A stretch of DNA of 45,614 nucleotides, from NCBI GenBank assembly GCA_964408775.1, contig CAYPAP010000003.1:1-45614 (forward strand), in the 5' to 3' direction. The first letter of the stretch is position 1, and the number at the start of each line of letters is the position of its first letter. Source of the DNA: an uncultured Gammaproteobacteria bacterium (GTDB taxonomy: Bacteria > Patescibacteriota > Patescibacteriia > Patescibacteriales > UBA12465). The translations under genes and the position numbers were made by a program. Under the pieces are notes generated by a model. That model saw only the letters and a program-made list of their open reading frames with translations. It was not told where the DNA came from and searched no databases. Positions 39,360-45,614 of the stretch are shown piece by piece.

Positions 39360-39923
39360 ATGTTAAAGAATTTTTTTGAGTTCTTGAAAGTTGTAGTTAT
39401 CTCTTTGTTGATAATTCTTCCAATTAGGTATTTTATTATTCAGCCCTTCTATGTTAAAGGAGCTTCTATGGAGCCTACCTTCCACGATCATGAATACTTA
39501 ATCATCGATGAAATATCTTACCGCTTTAACCGGCCTCAGAGGGGAGAGGTAATCGTTTTTCGTTATCCTTTTAATCCCCAGGAATATTTCATTAAAAGAA
39601 TTATTGGTCTACCGGGAGAAAAAATAGATTTAGTTGATGGAGATATCTTTGTCTACAATAATGAAAACCCGGACGGTCTCAAGTTGGATGAAAGTCTGTA
39701 TTTAGCAGAAAATGTTAGAACTTATAATATAGAAGATGATATTATTGAATTAAAGGAAAACGAATATTTCGTTTTAGGTGATAATCGCTATGCCTCCAAG
39801 GACTCTCGCACTTTTGGACCCCTAGATGAAACTTTTATTACTGGTAAAGTTTTGCTTCGAGGCTGGCCCTTTAGTCGTTTCACTGTCTTTAATTATTCTG
39901 ATGCTTATCAATTTAATAATTAA
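39360..39923 (+). CDS. lepB: Signal peptidase I
   Basis: GASMEPT, IKRIIGLPG, GDNR..SKDSR. Confidence 0.95.
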   Translation: MLKNFFEFLKVVVISLLIILPIRYFIIQPFYVKGASMEPTFHDHEYLIIDEISYRFNRPQRGEVIVFRYPFNPQEYFIKRIIGLPGEKIDLVDGDIFVYNNENPDGLKLDESLYLAENVRTYNIEDDIIELKENEYFVLGDNRYASKDSRTFGPLDETFITGKVLLRGWPFSRFTVFNYSDAYQFNN

Positions 39924-39956
39924 TTTTTTAAAAATTTAAAATTATAATTTAAAAAT

Positions 39957-41399
39957 ATGGGAAGAAAAAAAACAACTGATAAAAAGGAAAACAATAAGAA
40001 GCCTAAGGTCAAGTCTTCGCCCAAGGTTAAGACTGAAAACAAATCTAAGAAATCTTCTTCGGGTCATAAGACTGGCAAAAGTGATAAGGAGGGTAAGAAG
40101 TCGAACTTTGGTAAGAATTTTTATCGTCTTTTGGGAGTTAAAGATTTTTTTATAAATGATCACAAGTTTTTAGCGCCAATTATAAAAAAAGTAGAAGAAA
40201 CTGCTAGTTGCTATAGTTTTTCTAGAGTAGACACTCCAATAATCGAGGATGCTAATTTTTATAAAAGAATTTTTGATAAAAATAAGAAGAAAATGTTGTT
40301 TGAAGTTGAATCCAGGGGAGTCGAAAAAATAATTTTACGTCCGGACCTTATCCACGGCATGGTCAGGTCTTTCATTGATCATGGTGGTTTAAATAACTTA
40401 GAAAAACCATTAAAAATATTTTCTGTTGGTCCAGTGTTCCGGCAGGAAAAAGTTCGGGGAGGAATTTATCGTCAATTTAATCAATTTAATTTTAGTATTT
40501 TAAATGACAATAAGCCGGTTTCCGATGCTTTTTTAATGTTTCTAATTTATAGTATTTTTAAGGAATTACAAATAGATGTCCAGATTCAAATTAATAGTTT
40601 AGGAGACTTTGATTGTCAAAAAGAATTTTTGGGGAAATTTTCCAAATTCTTAAAAGAGCGAGGTCGTCGCAGTAAGCTTTGTAATGAGTGCAAAAAAAAT
40701 ATTGTAAAGTATCCAGCGCTATTACTAGAGTGCCAAGAAGACGAGTGTATGCAGGTTAAAAGTGAGATGCCCCAAATTGTTGAATTTTTATCAGAGGAGA
40801 GCAATACTAGGTTTTATAAAACTATGGAGTTTTTAGATGAGATGGATATTAATTACAATTTTAATCCTTATCTAGTTAGAGATTTAAATTATTATAATGA
40901 TTTAATTTTTGAAGTTTGGCCAGTTGATAAAAATGGTGAATTAAACTCTAAGTTATCGCTGGGTAGAGGGGGGCATTATGACAATCTTTTTACAAAGTTG
41001 GCTAACAAAAATATATCCTTTCTAAGCTTTAGCGGAGGAGTTGAGAGAACTCTTATAAAGTCTCGAGAAAATAGCCTATTTGTGTCCGACGATAAAGACG
41101 TTATTTTTCTAGCTCAAATTGATGCCTGTGCCAAGGCTAAGGCGATGTTCTTATTTAAGGAATTATTGAGCAAGGGGTTTAATGTTAAGCAAGCCTTTCA
41201 TTTAGATGGTCTAAGAGACCAATTAGAAGAGGCTAGATTATTGAAAGCCAAAACAGTTTTGATTTTAGGGAAGAAGGAGCTTAATGAAGAAACTATTTTA
41301 TTCAGAGACACAGATTCAGGGGTTCAGGAGATTATTGCCCTAAAAGACCTAATAAATCGCTTAGAAAAAGTTATTTCTCAAGATGACTTGAAAAAATAA
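39957..41399 (+). CDS. hisS: Histidine--tRNA ligase-like protein with divergent active site
   Basis: HisRS layout (GVKDF, TPIIE, LRP, GPVFR, YRQF, LVR..YY, ER, C-terminal anticodon domain) but several motif substitutions. Confidence 0.7.
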   Translation: MGRKKTTDKKENNKKPKVKSSPKVKTENKSKKSSSGHKTGKSDKEGKKSNFGKNFYRLLGVKDFFINDHKFLAPIIKKVEETASCYSFSRVDTPIIEDANFYKRIFDKNKKKMLFEVESRGVEKIILRPDLIHGMVRSFIDHGGLNNLEKPLKIFSVGPVFRQEKVRGGIYRQFNQFNFSILNDNKPVSDAFLMFLIYSIFKELQIDVQIQINSLGDFDCQKEFLGKFSKFLKERGRRSKLCNECKKNIVKYPALLLECQEDECMQVKSEMPQIVEFLSEESNTRFYKTMEFLDEMDINYNFNPYLVRDLNYYNDLIFEVWPVDKNGELNSKLSLGRGGHYDNLFTKLANKNISFLSFSGGVERTLIKSRENSLFVSDDKDVIFLAQIDACAKAKAMFLFKELLSKGFNVKQAFHLDGLRDQLEEARLLKAKTVLILGKKELNEETILFRDTDSGVQEIIALKDLINRLEKVISQDDLKK

Positions 41400-41451
41400 A
41401 AGTATTGTGTTATAAGTATAATATTAAAATTAAGACTTTTAAAGTCGTAAA

Positions 41452-41465
41452 TAGAAAGGTAGGTG
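41452..41465 (+). promoter_or_regulatory. Extended Shine-Dalgarno sequence of rpsU
   Basis: TAGAAAGG(T)AGGTG is complementary to window 36-48 (CACCTCCTTTCTA) with one bulged base. Confidence 0.8.
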
Positions 41466-41469
41466 CTTT

Positions 41470-41694
41470 ATGGCCGATTTAAAAAGAAAAAAAGGCGAAA
41501 GTTTCGAAGCGTTTTTAAGACGTTTTAAGAATAGTTTGAAAAATAATAAAAGATTAGATTCTTTTAAGAAAAAACAAACTCACGCCAAGAAAAAAACCAG
41601 TATTCAAATGAAAAAATCAGCTCTAGCTAGGATAGAATTGGGTAAGAAATTTGAACATTTAAGAAAGACTGGCAAAATAAAAGAAACTAGATAA
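41470..41694 (+). CDS. rpsU: 30S ribosomal protein bS21
   Basis: 74-aa basic protein with the KKGESFEAFLRRFK N-terminal signature. Confidence 0.8.
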   Translation: MADLKRKKGESFEAFLRRFKNSLKNNKRLDSFKKKQTHAKKKTSIQMKKSALARIELGKKFEHLRKTGKIKETR

Positions 41695-41713
41695 TTTCCT
41701 ATTTTTTTGATAT

Positions 41714-41744
41714 AAAAAATCAGCCCTTTGCCGGCTGATTTTTT
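41714..41744. terminator. Bidirectional terminator between convergent rpsU and rel
   Basis: AAAAAATCAGCC-CTTTGCC-GGCTGATTTTTT. Confidence 0.85.
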
Positions 41745-41757
41745 GTTTCCTATTATT

Positions 41758-43209
41758 TTATTTGTTGAATATTTTTTTGAATTTATCAAAGGCTCCTTTT
41801 TGAGAATATTGTTTTATTCTTTCTTTGGCATGCTTGGTTTTGACGAAATCTAGCCATTGGCTGTTAGGGTGCTTTCTATTCTTGTCTATTATTATTTCTA
41901 TTATATCACCGTTTTTTAATTCATGGTCAAGCGAAACTATTTTTTCATTTACCATGGCTTGGACGGCTTTGTTTCCGATAGTGGTATGGATGGCATAGGC
42001 AAAATCTATTGGCGTGCCTTTTTCTGGTAGTTCTATAACATCTCCTTTAGGAGAGAAAACAAATATTCTATTTTGGAAGACATTTGTTTTTATTTCTTTT
42101 ATAAAATCTTTGACGTCTCGATTTTCTTTTTGTAATTCTAATATCTCTTTTATCCAGCCAGGTTTTTTGTATTCATATTTTTCATTCTTGTAGTTCCAGT
42201 GAATTTGAGATCCATAAAGAGACTCTTCGTGCATCTCGTGGGTTTTAATTTGGAATTCAGTCGCCTTATTATCGGGTCCGATAATTGTAGTGTGTAAACT
42301 CCTATAGCCGTTTGGTTTTGGCAGGGCAATATAATCCTTGAATCTGTTTGCTAAAGGTTTCCAGAGAGAGTGAATAATCCCAAGCACTTTATAGCAGTCT
42401 TCAGTGTTTTTAACCACTACCCTGAGGGCAAAAACATCGTATATTTCATCAAATCTTCTTTCTCTGATTTGCATTTTTCTCCAAATACTATACAGATGTT
42501 TAAAGCGAGCAGTAATTTCATAATTAATGTTTGTTTTATTTAACTCTTCTTCTAAAATATTTTTTACTTTTTGGAAAAATTGGTTTCTTTCAGATTTTTT
42601 TTCAATTTCGTACTTATATTCTATTTGTTTGTATTCCTTGGGATATAGATATTTAAAACAAATATCCTCCATTTGCCACTTAAGTCGCCAAATTCCCAGT
42701 AGTCCAGCAATAGGAGCATAGATTTCTAGTGTTTCCTGGGCGATTCTTTGTTGTTTGTTTTCTGGCAGAGATTCTAGTGTTCTAAGGTTGTGCAGGCGGT
42801 CACAAAATTTAATATAAATTATTCTAATATCATCAACCATGGCTAAAAACATTTTCTTAAGATTTTCTCTATAACGCTCAATTCCTCGATATTTAATCTT
42901 ACCCAATTTAGTAATTCCTTCTACCAAAGAAGAAACCTCCTGACCAAATTCTTTTCGGACATCTTCTAGCGTGTATTCAGTATCTTCGGGTACATCGTGC
43001 AATATCCCGGCTAAAATTGTACTAATATCAGCTCTTATTTGAACTAAATTAAAAGCTGTATGAAGGGGGTGTTCAATATAAGGTTCGCCACTTTTTCTGG
43101 TTTGGCCTTGATGGGCTTTCTCGGCAAACTTATAAGCCCGCATAATGATTTCAGTGTCAATCTCGGGGTTGATTTCTTGGGCTTTTTTTATAACTCGCTC
43201 AATCGTCAT
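41758..43209 (-). CDS. relA: RelA/SpoT homolog (HD + synthetase + TGS, no ACT domain)
   Basis: HQGQTRKSGEPY, LHDVPED, DRLHNLRTL, RFKDYIALPKPNGYRSLHT, TPIDFAYAIH; start moved to the ATG at 43209 (483 aa). Confidence 0.9.
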   Translation of the reverse strand: MTIERVIKKAQEINPEIDTEIIMRAYKFAEKAHQGQTRKSGEPYIEHPLHTAFNLVQIRADISTILAGILHDVPEDTEYTLEDVRKEFGQEVSSLVEGITKLGKIKYRGIERYRENLKKMFLAMVDDIRIIYIKFCDRLHNLRTLESLPENKQQRIAQETLEIYAPIAGLLGIWRLKWQMEDICFKYLYPKEYKQIEYKYEIEKKSERNQFFQKVKNILEEELNKTNINYEITARFKHLYSIWRKMQIRERRFDEIYDVFALRVVVKNTEDCYKVLGIIHSLWKPLANRFKDYIALPKPNGYRSLHTTIIGPDNKATEFQIKTHEMHEESLYGSQIHWNYKNEKYEYKKPGWIKEILELQKENRDVKDFIKEIKTNVFQNRIFVFSPKGDVIELPEKGTPIDFAYAIHTTIGNKAVQAMVNEKIVSLDHELKNGDIIEIIIDKNRKHPNSQWLDFVKTKHAKERIKQYSQKGAFDKFKKIFNK

Positions 43210-43302
43210 AGTCTTTAATAATTTTATTTGGTATGCTATAATAATAATATAAAAATTGCAAATTAGCAATTGCTTTTCAATTATAAATAATAATAGATTA
43301 TT

Positions 43303-45614
43303 ATGAAAAATAAAAAAATATTTATATTTTTTTCCTTTCTTTTATTGGCCGTTTTTTTATTTTCGGCTAAGTTTGTTTTAGCGGGTGATGTTTTGGGAGT
43401 GGGGGAGGTCGATAGTTCTATTTTCCTTGAGGCGACTGATCCTCGGACTATTGCAGCCCAAGTAATAAATGTTTTTTTGGGACTATTAGCAATTATAGCA
43501 GTGTCCCTTGTTATTTATGGGGGGTTTGTTTGGATGACTTCAGAGGGAAATGAGGAAAAAGTAAGTAAGGCTAAGAAAATTTTGAAAAATGGTGTCATTG
43601 GTTTGATTATTATTTTAGCAGCCTGGGGAATAGTTACTTTTATTTTTAGAAGTTTATCTCCGGGTGGTCAATCGGGTTCTAGCGGTATTACTCCGGGTCA
43701 AGCCTTTTTCCAATCAGGTTTAGGAGCAATTGGAGCCTGTAGTTTAGAAAGTGTTTATCCTGAGGCTCGGCAAAAAAATGTCCCTAGAAATACTATGATT
43801 ATGGCGACCTTTAAGGAGGAAGTAGCTTCAACTACTGTAAATTCTGATAATGTTATTATTTGCCCAGAAGATAGCTTTGATACTGTAAGTATGGATTGTT
43901 CACAACCGGAGAGCTTTTCTTTCTCCACTAATGATAATAAAATTTTTGTTTTCATACCTGATAATCATTTAGGTAATGAAAATAGCGCTACTAACTATAT
44001 TGTTTATTTTTCTAGTAATATTTTAATTAAAGATGGGTCTAGAAGTATTTTTGGCAATTGTTCTAGTAGTTATTTTCTATGGGGCTTTGAGGTTAGTAAT
44101 GTTTTGGATTTAACTCCGCCCAAGATAAATAGTATTTTCCCTCAACCGGATGATAATAAAGATTCTATAATCACTGTAGGAGCCACCTCTTCATTGGGGT
44201 CCTTTACTGTCCAGGGTATTCCTAATTATTATCAGCCAGCTACTATTTCTACAAGTGTGGTTAGTCCCACAAGCGCTACAGCTACTGGAACCATTAATCC
44301 AAATTATAACAGCGCGTATACAGATTTTGATGTAGTTATTTCAGCTGGAGGAGATAAAGCTCTTTTAAGTAGTAGTGGTAATCAATTAGGGGCTTTTGAT
44401 GTCGTAAATAGAAGATCGGTTAGTTTCACAAATTATTTTAGCCTAGACTTTTCTGAGGATGTTTCTGCCGGAAACTCTTGGGATATCACAGTCACAAAAA
44501 TGATTCCAGCTGACACTATTTCAGTGGGCGAATATGTTTATACTTTTGTAAATAGCACTACTACTGGTTTCTATATTAGGGTTGATGATATTGCATTTAG
44601 TGATTATGCCGAGTTAGCTGATAGAATAGAACAGACCTTAAACTCTAATCCCTATATTTACATTGGTTCAAGCAGCAACAATGCAATTGTTTACATGATG
44701 GCCAGGGTGGCTGGTTCGGGAGGTAACGATATTACTTTAGCATCTTCTGACACCAATAGGATAGACTTTTCATCCTTTTCTGGAGGGGTTGATTTAGCTG
44801 AAACTGTAAATATTAATGATAAAGAAGATAAGCCTATGAATAGCATCATCCAAATTAATTTTAATGAAGCTATTAATCCTTTAATGGTCTCAGGGAGTAG
44901 TGATGAAGTTTCTAGTACTATTAGGGTTGTTAATTTGTCCGACAATAGTATTTTGAGCGGTAATTTTTCTATTTCTTCCAACTATAAAACAGTTGAATTT
45001 AAATCTAATAATCTCTGCGGCGTTAATGCTTGTGGCGAGGATATTTATTGTTTACCACCCGATAGTAATTTAAGGGTAGAAATAATAGCTGCTCCATTAT
45101 TCGATTGTGGAGCAAATAATTCTTTGTGCTCCAATAAAAGCCCATTTTCTACTTGTGATAATAATATCTGTACAAATGATGCCGGCAAATTTTATCCCCT
45201 ATCCGACATTGGCGCTGGATATGGTGTGATGGACTCAGCGGCTAACTCCTTTGATGGCAATAGTGACGGCTATTCTGACGGAGACGCAAGTTATTATTAT
45301 AAAAACAACCCTATAACTGACACGGGAGATAGTTTTTACTGGTCTTTCTGGATAAATAATAGAATTGAAACTGATCCGCCAAAAATAAATCTTATATCTC
45401 CCGCAATCGGAGCGACCTCAACTGACCTATGGCTTCCAATTAAGATTGGTTTTGATAAATTAATGATGGCTAGTACTTTGCGCACTGGAGAACTTACTAT
45501 GAATAGTGGAAATGAAGATGTCCAACATCCCCTAATTAATTTATTTAGCGGACAATTGGTTGGCTATTGGATTGGATCAGAAAATGTAGATGCATCTCCC
45601 TTGGATGGTGAGCC
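43303..45614 (+). CDS. Large surface protein: VirB2/TrbC-like CPR pilin domain followed by Ig-like repeats (partial, runs off the window)
   Basis: Not in the ORF track; 5' part translated by hand: signal peptide, DPRTIAAQVINVFLGLLAIIAV..IYGGFVWMTSEGNEEKVSKAKKILKNGVIGLIII, then SVYP..QKNVPRN..IMATFKE; the full frame was not checked codon by codon. Confidence 0.8.
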   Translation, partial: MKNKKIFIFFSFLLLAVFLFSAKFVLAGDVLGVGEVDSSIFLEATDPRTIAAQVINVFLGLLAIIAVSLVIYGGFVWMTSEGNEEKVSKAKKILKNGVIGLIIILAAWGIVTFIFRSLSPGGQSGSSGITPGQAFFQSGLGAIGACSLESVYPEARQKNVPRNTMIMATFKEEVASTTVNSDNVIICPEDSFDTVSMDCSQPESFSFSTNDNKIFVFIPDNHLGNENSATNYIVYFSSNILIKDGSRSIFGNCSSSYFLWGFEVSNVLDLTPPKINSIFPQPDDNKDSIITVGATSSLGSFTVQGIPNYYQPATISTSVVSPTSATATGTINPNYNSAYTDFDVVISAGGDKALLSSSGNQLGAFDVVNRRSVSFTNYFSLDFSEDVSAGNSWDITVTKMIPADTISVGEYVYTFVNSTTTGFYIRVDDIAFSDYAELADRIEQTLNSNPYIYIGSSSNNAIVYMMARVAGSGGNDITLASSDTNRIDFSSFSGGVDLAETVNINDKEDKPMNSIIQINFNEAINPLMVSGSSDEVSSTIRVVNLSDNSILSGNFSISSNYKTVEFKSNNLCGVNACGEDIYCLPPDSNLRVEIIAAPLFDCGANNSLCSNKSPFSTCDNNICTNDAGKFYPLSDIGAGYGVMDSAANSFDGNSDGYSDGDASYYYKNNPITDTGDSFYWSFWINNRIETDPPKINLISPAIGATSTDLWLPIKIGFDKLMMASTLRTGELTMNSGNEDVQHPLINLFSGQLVGYWIGSENVDASPLDGE

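Noticed and set aside
43210-43269. 20-aa N-terminal extension of Rel in the ORF track
   Set aside because: It lies in the AT-rich divergent promoter region; the ATG at 43209 gives a normal N-terminus.
2155-44981. Remaining short antisense or nested ORFs in the track (e.g. 6441..6902, 7898..8275, 11003..11215, 14464..14973, 43755..43955, 44691..44981)
   Set aside because: They overlap well-supported genes and show no recognisable motifs or expression signals.

Overview
AT-rich chromosomal segment typical of a Patescibacteria/CPR (Parcubacteria-like) genome, genetic code 11. It opens with the last ~46 nt of a 16S rRNA gene that is followed by a terminator rather than tRNA/23S. Housekeeping genes follow: gatB, a short uvrA, suhB, tyrS, argS, an alpha2-type GlyRS, ndk, gyrA, rmuC, radC, ruvB, queA, lepB, a divergent hisS, rpsU and a short rel/spoT. 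Pilus-related genes are a PilB with two fused ATPase domains, two type IV pilin-FISUMP (C-type-lectin-like) fusions flanking a UvrD-nuclease fusion, an O-antigen-ligase-like protein and a partial VirB2-like pilin-Ig protein. Main hidden signals: (1) the two pilin-FISUMP genes have C-termini with the codon signature of diversity-generating-retroelement targets, and the second has a G9 tract in its promoter spacer plus a palindrome-built leader; no RT or template repeat is in the window; (2) four orphan genes share a leader design of consensus promoter + boxA-like motif, three of them with a long RNA stem; (3) a family of short palindromes (CCRCGT-ATA-hairpin-GC-ACGYGG), one copy translated in frame inside queA; (4) rpsU carries a 13-nt match (one bulge) to the extended 16S 3' tail while most housekeeping genes lack an SD. 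All calls were made by eye; no database searches were run.
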